Translations under genes and position numbers: made by a program
Assembly: GCF_001194135.2 (NCBI RefSeq)
Contig: NC_068984.1
Location: 139,456,328-139,490,330, forward strand
Source: Octopus bimaculoides
Lineage: Eukaryota
Length of the DNA: 34,003 nucleotides
Direction: 5' to 3'
The notes under the pieces: generated by a model
Databases searched by the model: none
Told to the model about the DNA's origin: nothing
Seen by the model: the letters and a program-made list of their open reading frames with translations, nothing else
Part shown: positions 1-11,441 of the stretch, piece after piece
How the letters are laid out: each line of letters opens with the position of its first letter
How positions within the stretch are numbered: the first letter of the stretch is position 1

Positions 1-294
1 CCCCCCCCAAGAAAAGCTCTACTTTGTAATTTGTCCATTTTCTGTATTTAGCCCTGTGTGGCTATAATAAAAAGATATCTTGTATTGTTATAACGCTGTT
101 ACAGTGTATTCTTTATCTATCATCGACAATATCAACCGTACTACGATATTGGAGGCGTAACGATATCTTTTATCTTTTATCATTTACAAGTTCCAGCCAG
201 AAGCTGAGGCCATGTTGGTGCACCGGCTTTATTGCATCGGGAATCTTTCCAGTATTGCCTTTGGTGAAGTAGCGAGTTGGATATTGCCGCTTGT

Positions 295-930
295 CTTAGT
301 TGCGATGTTGGTTCATCCGGTATTGCAGATAAAAAAAAAACTGTCTGGACGTTTTTTGAAGATTTTTATGTCCACACTACGCAGATCCGTGATGTTCAGT
401 GGTAGGGCATTAAAATGTTGTGATCATTTGAACCCCAAACTATTACAATACCGGGTTCGTATCCACGGTAGAGAAGATAAGATCTTTGGTACTGTGCAGT
501 ACCATCCAGTTCGGAGTTTGCTGTAGCTTTCGATTTCGAAGTTTAGAGATTAGACCCTCCATTATTTTCCATATGTATAGCACCGCACATCTCTCACGTC
601 TCCTCTCCAGGGAGTAGAGTTCCAGTTCCTTTAACCTCTCCCAGTAGCCCATGTGTTTTACTGTGTCTATCTTCTTTGAGTTGTGGCGCTAGATCGTCTC
701 TAGTTCCGTAATTAGTTTAACGCCCTGCGATGACCACAGGTGGGAGCAGTGTTTCAGACGACTGAGGACAAAGTTTCTCGAAAGCAGTAGCATTGTGTCT
801 CTGCTCCTGGTCCTGAAGGGACCCAAGACCCAACATGCCAGCCGTCTGCATAGTGTTGCCATCTGAGCAATGTGCACATGGAAAGTTGCGTCGTTGCTCT
901 TATGAATTCCCAAATCACACACCGACACTA
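295..930 (-). mobile_element. Decayed non-LTR retrotransposon ORF2 C-terminal region, CR1/L2-like group (5'-truncated, with stops and frameshifts)
   Basis: Minus-strand translations join into DLGIHKSNDATFHVHI...WVLGPFRTRSRDTMLLL...LSRLKHCSHLWS...GYWERLKELELYSLERRRERCAVLYIWKIMEGL...FNALPLNITDLRSVDIKIFKK...SAIPDEP. This is the typical post-RT tail of CR1/L2-type LINEs (Y.ERL..L.L.SLE.RR motif). Clade assignment is from memory of family motifs. Confidence 0.85.
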
Positions 931-950
931 AAATGTATTCATAATTGCTA

Positions 951-1233
951 AGGAGTGTTGCCTATTGGTTAGGGCGTTGTGCTCGTGAGTTCGATTCGGG
1001 GACGGAGCGGTGCGTTGCGTTCTTGAGCAAAATTCTTCATGTCACGTTGCTATGGTCCATCCAGCAGTAAATGTATAACCCTGCGACGGACTATTCTTCC
1101 GATCACGAAGAATGCTGGCCTCCTTGACTTTTCAGGATGTGGCATCATCCGATATCCAAAACGATGCAAGCGCATTGTGACCAGTGACCTATAGCAACAT
1201 CCTATGGTCTGATCGATTACATGATCACGTGAT
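951..1233 (+). mobile_element. tRNA-derived SINE, family C (head and central domain shared with 4115-4400, different tail)
   Basis: A-box-like GCCTATTGGTTAGG and B-box-like GAGTTCGATTC, then GCGTTGCGTTCTTGAGCAAAA...CACGTTGCTATGGTCCATCCAGC, matching the reverse complement of 4310-4370. Ends in CATGATCACGTGAT. Confidence 0.65.
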
Positions 1234-1520
1234 ATTGATAATTACTATACGCTGCAAACTAGTTACTTTTTCATGACATGATTTCCAATACTCTGGTGTA
1301 CGTAAACGATATTGGTTTTATTAATTTTATGAGTTAGATAGATGTGTTAAGTTACTGAGAGAATTTGACGGTACATCCGTTGATAAGCACAGATTTATAT
1401 ACATATCTTAGAATGCATTGTATTGCAACAGCATTATTTTATGGGCGAACGGAACATTAACGTAAGGATCGTTATTATAAAAGTGCAGTGATATAAATGC
1501 ATGAACGCATATTTAGCGCC

Positions 1521-1522
<2 letters not shown>

Positions 1523-1563
<41 letters not shown>

Positions 1564-1602
1564 GCTGAACGTGTGTGTGTTTGTGTGTGTGTGTGTATTG
1601 CT
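1523..1602. repeat. (AG)n and (GT)n microsatellites
   Basis: Read directly from the sequence. Confidence 0.95.
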
Positions 1603-1947
1603 GGGTGTGAGTGCGATCTACCTAGTGTGGTAGGTAATTCGAGCAATATATATAAGCGAGTACATTCTCTCGTTATGGATATTTCATTTCGAGCAAGTGA
1701 GACAAGCAGATACTAGTTTGATATTGAACGAGTAATATCAATCAACAGCTAATTAGTTTTTCTATGAGATAGAAATATCCACATACGTTTTATTTCTTCA
1801 AGATGGTTGTTGAATATCATATAAGCTCTATAAGTTGTGAAACGTGTCCTCAAGTATAGAATGCTTTCGATTGGTGTAGACACTGCTTTGTCGATAAAAA
1901 TTTTGTTTCATATTCACGTGATTTCAATTTCCGTTTTATTGTGCACT

Positions 1948-2103
1948 ATATACCGGTGTAAGTGGAGTTATCTCTATGTGTTTGTAATTATGCATGCTTA
2001 GATATATGTTTATGTATGTTTATACAGTCACATGTACATGCCAGTTTATAAGTATACGCAGGTAGAAACCTAGTTATATCTCATTTTCCCCTCCATCTAA
2101 CTG
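1948..2103 (+). repeat. ~155-bp direct repeat, copy 1 (copy 2 at 3087-3242)
   Basis: TACCGGTGTAAGTGGAG...CCTCCATCTAACTG is identical to the 3087-3242 copy except one substitution (CCTAGTT vs CCTACTT). Confidence 0.95.
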
Positions 2104-2130
2104 GAATGAAAGCTTATCATGTAAGTTTAT

Positions 2131-2297
2131 CGTGTGTGTGTGTGTGTGTGTGTGTCTGTGTGCGTGTGTGTGTGTATATGCGCGCGCATGTGTATGTATG
2201 TATGTATGTATGTATGTATGTATGCGTGTGTGTGTGTGTGTGNNNNNNNNNNATGCGCGCGCATGTGTATGTATGTATGTATGTATGTATGTATGTA

Positions 2298-2335
<38 letters not shown>

Positions 2336-2365
2336 TGTGTGCGTATGCATGTGTTGTGTGTGTGT
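2131..2365. repeat. Compound (GT)n/(TATG)n microsatellite spanning a 10-N gap
   Basis: Read directly. The blocks on each side of the gap are near-duplicates. Confidence 0.9.
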
Positions 2366-2384
2366 TCATGCGTGAATGTAGACA

Positions 2385-2574
2385 TTCTACTCTAGGCACA
2401 AGGTCCGGAATTTTGTGGGGAGGGGGGCCAGTCGATTAGATCGATCCCAGTACATATCTGGTGCTTAATTTATCGACCCCGAAAGGATGAAAGGCAAAGT
2501 CGACCTTGGCAGCATTTGAACTCAGAACATAAAGACAGACAAAATAGCGCTAAGCATTTCGCCTGATCGCCGCC
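2385..2574 (-). mobile_element. tRNA-derived SINE, family B (partial head deletion)
   Basis: Reverse complement matches the full-length copy at 22285-22500: B-box GAGTTCAAAT, GGTCGACTTTGCCTTTCATCCTTTCGGGGTCGATAAATTAAG, and tail CCCCCTCCCACAAAAT...CCTTGTGCCTAGAGTAGAA. Confidence 0.9.
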
Positions 2575-2610
2575 TTGACTTTGTATATTAATGTCTGAGC
2601 AAGAGTTTTA

Positions 2611-2635
2611 TACAGGCTGGTCCAAAAGTCACAAT
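2611..2635. mobile_element. Isolated Tc1/mariner-type terminal inverted repeat
   Basis: TA|CAGGCTGGTCCAAAAGTCAC matches TA|CAGAGTGGCCCAAAACTCAC (11755-11776) at 16 of 20 positions. No partner TIR was seen. Confidence 0.45.
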
Positions 2636-3086
2636 TACACCAATAATAATTCGTGGGTTTGGCTTTCAGAATAAATGCTCAAACAATCCGGAAAGCTAAG
2701 GTTTTCCAAAAAAAATTAATTAACCAGCTATCATGCATATTATGAATACAATGTGTAATTGGAGCAATACCAATTTGTAAGCTTTTTCGCAAGTTCAAAA
2801 TGTGAATTGGTGTTTGTTAACTACATTCAACATGAATCTTCATGTCTTAGTAACTATCTCCTTCCTTACAGAAAGACTTCACATAATTAAAGATGGAAGA
2901 GAACAAAGATAATCTATGTATATGTATGAATTTATCTATTTATATTGTATGTATATAAGTATCTGTGTGTGTTTATACATATACAACATATATGTGTGGT
3001 AGCTTGACTAAGGCATTACGGTACATATATATAAAAGCCATCTTATAAGAATGGTACGGCATTTAACAGCATATATATATATATAT

Positions 3087-3242
3087 ATATACCGGTGTAA
3101 GTGGAGTTATCTCTATGTGTTTGTAATTATGCATGCTTAGATATATGTTTATGTATGTTTATACAGTCACATGTACATGCCAGTTTATAAGTATACGCAG
3201 GTAGAAACCTACTTATATCTCATTTTCCCCTCCATCTAACTG
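3087..3242 (+). repeat. ~155-bp direct repeat, copy 2
   Basis: See 1948-2103. This copy begins inside an (AT)n run. Confidence 0.95.
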
Positions 3243-3569
3243 AATAACTTTAAACATTCCACCGCAAGGAGAGATGAGAATAATCTCCCACATGGCATTA
3301 ATTTACTTCATTACCTGCCGAACATGTTATGAAGTTATATTTTTCTTCATAGCAAATCACCTCCTTTTACTAAAATGCGTGAATGTAGCTTGAAAAACAG
3401 ATACTTGTTACTGTCATTATATCATTAGAAGTAATTGGCGAAAATAATGCTAATTCATGTGAAAACAACTATTGCTCTGTATTATAGTAAAAGATATACA
3501 CGATAAATTTGAATTCGTTGCTGTCGGCATTAACGCATATCTGAATAGTTAATCTGTATCGAGCGATTG

Positions 3570-3900
3570 AGCCTCTTCACCGTAATGGGTGCGAAGTGTG
3601 CCTGTATATGAGATAGCTGTTCAGGCCGGTGGGTGGTAGAGAAGAGCCGAGGGCATTTATTGCAGGGGAGGGTTGGCTGTGCGACGAGGAAGTTCGACTC
3701 GCTCTTTCCGTCTTCGAAACCTGATTTTTGTCTCTTGACGTCTTTTATTTTCCGTCTAGTCCGTTCTTTTGACGATGACAGCCTGTCATTTGGGAGGTCC
3801 TTAGTGAGAGTCTTCTAGTTATTTGGGCCAATGGAGCTGCAGAGATGAATGGTCTTGAGCTGGTTTCGGAAACGAGATTTGACGACACCGTATGTTTTAG
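3570..3900 (-). mobile_element. Decayed RTE-clade LINE, ORF2 C-terminus with terminal zinc finger
   Basis: Translation GVVKSRFRNQLKTIHLCSSIGPNN*KTLTKDLPN...RTRRKIKDVKRQK...QPTLPCNKCPRLFS, then after a frameshift TGLNSYLIYRH. This matches the RTE pattern R.KD.LK..L...I....WE.LA.DR..WR...C..C.R.F....GL.SH...H. Confidence 0.75.
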
Positions 3901-4114
3901 TGGCAGAGGCCAACACCGAAAATAAGTCTTCATACAAGTATTTAACAAGAACTAATGAAAAGGGTATTTAATTCTTATTTTAATGTTTATCTCTACAGAA
4001 TTTCTATAGAATTTAGAGCCAACATCGAAAGTTACAAGGTGCCGTATACAAATACGCCCATGTAAAGAATGCGAGCGATGATAGAAAAATAGATAATGGA
4101 TGTGTATATATATA

Positions 4115-4400
4115 CTGGTCCTGCGTCGGTTACGACGACGAGGGTTCCAGTCGATACCATCAATGGAACAGCTTGCTAGTGAAATTAACGTGCAAGTGGC
4201 TGAGCACTCCACAGCGTTGTGTACCCTTAACGTAGTTCTCAGGGAGATTCAGCGTGACACAGAGTGTGACAAGGCCGACTTTTTGAAATACAGGTACTAC
4301 TCATTTTTACCAGCTGAATGGACTGGAACAACGTGAGATAAAGTGTTTTGCTCAAGGACACAACGCGTCACCGAGAATTGAACACACGAACTTACGATCT
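4115..4400 (-). mobile_element. SINE, family C, with an RTE-like 3' tail
   Basis: Minus strand reads GTTCAATTCTCGGTGACGCGTTGTGTCCTTGAGCAAAACACTT (B-box plus CORE-like domain) ...CTGGAACCCTCGTCGTCGTAACCGACG. Central domain shared with 951-1233. The RTE origin of the tail is inference. Confidence 0.7.
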
Positions 4401-4894
4401 TTTCTATGCCTCCTGTTTCCGAAGTGGAGCTATGCTCGAAACATAAAACAACCACTCATCCTCTTTGAGCGCTGTACTTGTTCTTTTCTTGATGTCCTTC
4501 CTCTCTTTTTTTTNNNNNNNNNNNNNNNNNNNNNNNNNNNNNNNNNNNNNNNNNNNNNNNNNNNNNNNNNNNNNNNNNNNNNNNNNNNNNNNNNNNNNNN
4601 NNNNNNNNNNNNNNNNNNNNNNNNNNNNNNNNNNNNNNNNNNNNNNNNNNNNNNNNNNNNNNNNNNNNNNNNNNNNNNNNNNNNNNNNNNNNNNNNNNNN
4701 NNNNNNNNNNNNNNNNNNNNNNNNNNNNNNNNNNNNNNNNNNNNNNNNNNNNNNNNNNNNNNNNNNNNNNNNNNNNNNNNNNNNNNNNNNNNNNAGGGAG
4801 AGAGGGAGAGGGAGAGAGAGAGATGGACACAAAGATAGGGGTGGGGTTCGGGTTAAATTTGACAGTTTGCATAAAAGAAAAATGGAAAACAATG

Positions 4895-5320
4895 TCCCAT
4901 CTCCTGAAAGCAGATGCCCCCAGCTTCCACCAAGACCTTAGAATAGCTCAGAAAAATGATGCTTGAGTTTCTCAATGTGTCGCTGGGAAGATCTTCCGAA
5001 CTCTCAACGAATTTGGCCACCACCTCGGCCTTCGCGTTGCAAGCAGAAACGTTGGTGTCTACACATAGTAATCAAGCGAATTAGGGGAGTAGAAACTGGG
5101 GCTGATCAAGCCTTTAAAAATCCCGATAACCACTTCCGGGTATATATAGCAAGGGTCCGAATTTTGCTGCCACAAATATGATCTTCTAGCAACAATCATC
5201 CCCAACCAGAGATTGATCAAAAATCTCCAGCAGATTTACATAGCCATTTTGAATTGCATCTAAGGACGTCTCCTGATGTTGTAAGACGAATACCGGTGTG
5301 CGAACGCAACCAGAACGCAT
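4895..5320 (-). mobile_element. Tc1/mariner transposase remnant, catalytic C-terminal half, DD37D (maT)-like
   Basis: Frameshifted pieces TTSGDVL, NGYVNLLE, RRSYLWQQNSDPCYI (from WQQDSAPCH), SPNSLDYYV (from PNSPD.NPLDYYVW) and DTNVSACNAKAEVVAKFVESSEDLPSDTLRN...VLVEAGGICF. The second catalytic D is mutated, so the copy is inactive. Confidence 0.8.
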
Positions 5321-5599
5321 AGTGTGTGCCTTTCTGCAGGCTTCGCCTTAGTATTATTCTCCATTCTAGCAGTCCAAGTCACGTCTTACAGTCGTTACGG
5401 TGATCATAAAACATTGAGCAGTAGTTATGATGGCGGTAATTTGATATCCGGCACGAGTCATTATGATATAGTTAGTTCTTTTCCAATATTCAGATAGCTT
5501 CCAAGCCTACGTGTCAGTTACGTTTTTCCCAACTATAACTTCAATTTTTAACTTTCCAACGCCGGTCACTTTTCAACTTTAGCCCAAACACTCTGTATG

Positions 5600-5935
5600 T
5601 GCACAAACAGAAACACGCACACGCACACATATATTGTAATAAATACATATATATATGCTAAAATATGTACATATGTATATATGTGTGTGAGTGTGTATGT
5701 ATGTATATATATATATATATATATGTGGGTGTGTGTGTGTGCATGATTATGTAAATATATGTATCTATATATACATGTATATGTATATGTGCATATATAT
5801 ATGTATATATATATATGCTTTTGTATATTGATGTATGTATGTCTATATGCGTCCATTTGTGTATGCGTGTACGCGTACATCTGCATATGTAGACGCATAT
5901 ATACACATACATATATAAATATATACATATATATA
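5600..5935. repeat. Degenerate (AT)/(GT)/(TATG) simple-repeat tract before a gap
   Basis: Read directly. Confidence 0.9.
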
Positions 5936-6781
5936 NNNNNNNNNNNNNNNNNNNNNNNNNNNNNNNNNNNNNNNNNNNNNNNNNNNNNNNNNNNNNNNNN
6001 NNNNNNNNNNNNNNNNNNNNNNNNNNNNNNNNNNNNNNNNNNNNNNNNNNNNNNNNNNNNNNNNNNNNNNNNNNNNNNNNNNNNNNNNNNNNNNNNNNNN
6101 NNNNNNNNNNNNNNNNNNNNNNNNNNNNNNNNNNNNNNNNNNNNNNNNNNNNNNNNNNNNNNNNNNNNNNNNNNNNNNNNNNNNNNNNNNNNNNNNNNNN
6201 NNNNNNNNNNNNNNNNNNNNNNNNNNNNNNNNNNNNNNNNNNNNNNNNNNNNNNNNNNNNNNNNNNNNNNNNNNNNNNNNNNNNNNNNNNNNNNNNNNNN
6301 NNNNNNNNNNNNNNNNNNNNNNNNNNNNNNNNNNNNNNNNNNNNNNNNNNNNNNNNNNNNNNNNNNNNNNNNNNNNNNNNNNNNNNNNNNNNNNNNNNNN
6401 NNNNNNNNNNNNNNNNNNNNNNNNNNNNNNNNNNNNNNNNNNNNNNNNNNNNNNNNNNNNNNNNNNNNNNNNNNNNNNNNNNNNNNNNNNNNNNNNNNNN
6501 NNNNNNNNNNNNNNNNNNNNNNNNNNNNNNNNNNNNNNNNNNNNNNNNNNNNNNNNNNNNNNNNNNNNNNNNNNNNNNNNNNNNNNNNNNNNNNNNNNNN
6601 NNNNNNNNNNNNNNNNNNNNNNNNNNNNNNNNNNNNNNNNNNNNNNNNNNNNNNNNNNNNNNNNNNNNNNNNNNNNNNNNNNNNNNNNNNNNNNNNNNNN
6701 NNNNNNNNNNNNNNNNNNNNNNNNNNNNNNNNNNNNNNNNNNNNNNNNNNNNNNNNNNNNNNNNNNNNNNNNNNNNNNNNN

Positions 6782-6823
<42 letters not shown>

Positions 6824-7848
6824 GCATCTATGTTGCTATCATCCTTATATCCCTTAGTGCTTGATAATCAACAAACATACAACTTTGGGAAAAAACAGAA
6901 ATAACTCACAACTTAAGGAAAACCATGTAAAACTTCAATTCGCTTTTACGTGTTGTAATATAACAAACAAAACAATAAAAATAGTTGTAAAAAAAATAAT
7001 ATTTACTGTCCATATCTATAAATACATCTGGTTTCCTCTAATTTCTATACCGCTGTTAGTGGGGAGATACGATGCAAGGAATTACAGTAAATGACAAGAC
7101 ATTAACAAATATTGAAATTTACGCGTCCCAGTTCAAATACAATGGACAGTTTTCAGCAACGACTATGACTTATTTATGGCCAATATTTAGATATTTTACT
7201 AAGAGCGTGGCCAAGTATTTGTTTTTCTTCCCTCTTCTCTCTAATCCGTTCTTGTTCTGTTTGTATATCTTTTGCTTATAAAACTATCTTAATCATATGA
7301 ATGTACGTGGATACATAACTCGCTCACACACGCACAGAGACACCTCACAGAAACACATGCACATATACACATATGCATACTCTCGCTCATCCATTATATA
7401 TATATATATACATATATATATATGCGTATATTTACAAGTATGTATACACGTAGAAATATAAATTACGAGTATGTTTATTTCTTCCTGTTTGTTCCTACTC
7501 TGACTCATCACACTTGCATACATAATTTATATGGAATATAACTCGTTGTAAGTCTACATGGTTTTATGGTATAGAGATTTACATCAAATCATGAATACAT
7601 TTATGTATAAATGTATGTGAGCATGCATGCATACGTGTTTGCATAAACGCATGCAATTACGTATATACTGCATTTTTGTTTAAATTCTAGACGTATATAT
7701 ATATATATATATATACAAATATTCAGTTTGCAGCCCAGACATATTCATTGGAATTTAGGTGATATATATATATANNNNNNNNNNNNNNNNNNNNNNNNNN
7801 NNNNNNNNNNNNNNNNNNNNNNNNNNNNNNNNNNNNNNNNNNTATATA

Positions 7849-7966
7849 TACGAGGGGTGCATGAAAGGTTTTGGCCCTTCAAGGCCTTTGAGCCTTCAAG
7901 GCCTTTGAGCTTTGAAGTCTTGTACCATGTTTTGTCTTTTTTTGAGGGTCAAGACTTTTCATACAC
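7849..7966. mobile_element. Small mariner-like MITE or inverted-repeat element with an internal 17-bp tandem duplication
   Basis: TA|CGAGGGGTGCATGAAAGGTT resembles mariner-type termini. Bases 7857-7878 pair with 7945-7966 (18 of 22). CCTTCAAGGCCTTTGAG occurs twice, at 7876-7892 and 7893-7909. Confidence 0.55.
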
Positions 7967-9194
7967 GAAATCCGATACTTGACTATCAATGTTGTCGATT
8001 CAGATAGAGGCATTTAATATCACTATTGATTTAGCAAGGCCTAATGAAGTCTAATAATGTTTGCGCTTAATTTCAATGACCGTGATTTTAACCATGAATC
8101 CAATGAAAGATGGCAAGCAGATATAAACATCGATAGAGAAAACAATGTTAGCTACTGATTTATTGTACGCTGAGAGCTGTGAGTACCACAATTTATTTAG
8201 GTGTATCCTATCCTCTAAAAGTGTTCGATGTTACCCATTTCATCATGAGATATGCTTTTCCAACCATAGCTATACAGAACATGGCATCGTTTCAGCACAT
8301 ATCGGAGAAACAGTCAGGCTATTTATAAAGTAAATGAAATGACCTGTGCACACATTTTATAAAATGTGTTCACAGCTGAAAGTGTTCCTCCCAAATCGCT
8401 ATGCATCTAACAATATTCTAGGAATTAAGCAACAAAAACGTTTAGAGATGTGCCGAACACCTTGCAGTTAGCTAAACTGTGAAACCAGATGTGTGACTGT
8501 ATGGAAGGAATTTCGTCAAAAGATTTAGAGGGATCAGCTTTCAAGAAAATATTTTATTCTGTTTCCTGTTCACAGACAACCTGGCTTTGAACGGAGCCAT
8601 TATCCGGAGGTTAAATACAGGCTATGAAAGCGTAGTAAATAAGAGACGTATATTTCAAAGATACAAACTATCCGTTGCTTGGATTTTCCATAAATCCCAA
8701 TTGCATTTTGTTGAAGAAATATGGAAACTACTCTATTGCCTCACAAGTACAGAGAAACATCCCTCTGACTCATTAATTCAATTTGGACAAATCTCAAAAT
8801 ATATTTGCCAAATGTATGAAAAGTACGAATACGACCATTGATCGTATTCCGTGTGTACGTTCTCTTTTCAATTTGTAATTATTAGAAGCCTCCCTCTAAG
8901 AAAGGAACTGGTTTATGACAAAGTGACAAAGATACAAAGCTCCACCCTCGGAATGTAGATAACTAAAAGTGCCACACCTTGAACATGCGAAAAGTCATTC
9001 CATTTATAGATTCTATTTGCAATGTACGAATTAGTTGATTGGTACCTTTTTCTGAAAACGTTAGCTTATCCAGATTATCGCATAAGGATTTACAAAACCA
9101 AGTGCACTAATTATTATTGGTAAAAATATGGATTCATTGTCGGGATACAGAAGCTGGAGCTTTCGACGCAGTTGTCCACTATTATTACTGGAAG

Positions 9195-9295
9195 TATGTA
9201 TGTATGTATGTATGTATGTATGTATGCAAGTACGTATGTATGTATGTATGTATGTATGTATGTATGTATGTATGCATGCATGCATGTATGTATGT
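9195..9295. repeat. (TATG)n tetranucleotide microsatellite
   Basis: Read directly. Confidence 0.95.
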
Positions 9296-10225
9296 TATCA
9301 ATCAGTTTCATTTCTGTATTTCTTGTCCATAGAGAAAGAGCCGGACTCTAACATAGATTCAAGGCTCCTTCATTGGAACTTTTATCAACATCATCTAGGT
9401 ATTTGTGCATATGTGTGTGTGTGCAGTATTTGGTGTTAGTGTATGCGCAGATTTGTATGTTTGTTTTATGGATGCGTTTTAGATGCATGCATATGTATTT
9501 ATGTGCTATTTATGTATGTATGTGTTCCTCGTAGATTTCTAATTTCTAATTAATGGTCGAAGAACTAGAACAAAGCTGTTTCATTATACATAGGTGGTTG
9601 AATGGATGGATGTAGTTATTTATGTAAGTATGTATGAATTCATGTATGTATGTATGTATGCATTTATGTAAACTATGTATGCATCTATGTATGTTTTCTG
9701 TAATTATCATTTGGAGAAATCCTATAAAACAGCAATTGATTTCTTACAGAGAAACAACACTCAGTGAATGGAATAGAATAACAGCAACGGTGAAAAGTTA
9801 CATTCCGCCTTGCAAAAAATTCATTCATATTTTTACTACTTCGCATAGAGATTACACTTGCAAAGCGTGCGAAAGCTGGTCACTTTATTTGCATGAAAAT
9901 TATTGCTTTACATGATTGCTTCTTCGATCTTTGCCAACATAAACAAGCGCACCAAGTTATAAATTTTGGATTTATAATCTGTGTGCTGAAGCTAAAAATT
10001 TTGCAGTAAATATTTTCTTTTTCATTGATTTTGAAAGCAATGTTCTCATATGAGGACAGCTGATCTCTACAACAGTGAACAATTTCCTTCTTTCTCTAAA
10101 GCAATTGTATTACGCCTGTTATGTTCAAACGGGATGCAGGATTTTAAACGAGAATGGTTAATCAATCTCTTTGCCGTTAATGTTTGCGTATGTATAAAAA
10201 AAAAAAAACGTCTTTTATTTTTTAA

Positions 10226-10688
10226 CTCTTATTTGTTTCAGCTATTGTACTGCGGTCATGCAGGAGCACTACCTTGAATGGTCTAGTCGCGATAATCGAC
10301 CTCAGTACTTATTTTTCAAGCTTGATACTTATTCACTGAGTGTCTGTTTCTGCCGAACCGCTAAGTTATAGGGACGCAAACAAACCAGCACCGATCGTCA
10401 AGCGGTGGCAGCGGACAAACAAAGATACGGAGACACACACATCGATCGATATATATATATATATATATATATGCGTGTGTGTGTGTATGTGTGTGTATAC
10501 ATATAGATATATATATATATATATATATATATGTACTATCAGCTTCACTCAGTTTCCACCGACCAAATTTATTGATAAGACTTTGGTGGGCCCAGTGCTA
10601 TGTTAGAAGGCAATTGCTCTAAGTTCCACGCACTGCGACTGAACCCAGAACCCTGTTGTTGGGAAGCAAACTTCTTACACACAGCCTC
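10226..10688 (-). mobile_element. CORE-type tRNA SINE, family A, with an internal microsatellite
   Basis: Same modules as 11015-11611 and 24582-24918: head GGCTGTGTG.TAAGAAG, B-box GGTTCAGTC, CORE-like segment, internal (TA)/(CA) tract, and tail AAGTACTGAGGTCGAT...GCATGACCGCAG...CTGAAACAAATAAGAG. Confidence 0.85.
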
Positions 10689-11014
10689 TATTTTATATTT
10701 ATTCCACGGGAGTTCTTACCACAAATGTTATTGCTCTGGCAACATCATGCTCGTTCGTAGATCGTACAATTAATGACATTTTTGAGCAATTACTGCCAGT
10801 GTGAGGACCTGAAACGATCATCTATCATGGAATGCGAAAGGTGCGGATTTAATGGCCTTGCAACCTCTTTGTTCATCGTACTAAAGCAATAATTTCGAAA
10901 TGTGAATTGAATTGAAGTTCACGAGTTGAGGAGAGGTTACGTTTGCTGTCATTAGTAATTTCATCCACAAATTTACAATGAATAAACTCATGCATAAGAA
11001 TTTTAGCGGGGTAG

Positions 11015-11254
11015 TCTTTTATTCTTTTACTTGTTTCAGTCTTTTGACTGTGGTCATGCTGGAGCACCGTCTTTGATCGAGAAAATCGACCCCAGGACTT
11101 ATTCCTTGGAAGCCTAGTACTTATTCTATCGGTCTATTTTGCCGAACCGCTAAGCTACGGGTACGTAAACACACCAGCATCGGTTGTCAAGCGATGTTGG
11201 GAGGACAAACACGGACACACAAACACAGAAACACAGACACACACACACACACAC

Positions 11255-11352
<98 letters not shown>

Positions 11353-11400
11353 TTGTGTGTCTGTGTTTGTCCCCCCAACATCGCTTGACAACCGATGCTG

Positions 11401-11441
<41 letters not shown>

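Noticed and set aside
762-790. CTGAGGA...CGAAA hammerhead-like spacing
   Set aside because: There is no stem pairing, and it lies antisense within the LINE coding remnant.
2163-2340. Apparent tandem duplication around the 10-N gap
   Set aside because: Overlapping contig ends were left unmerged, so this is probably an assembly artefact.
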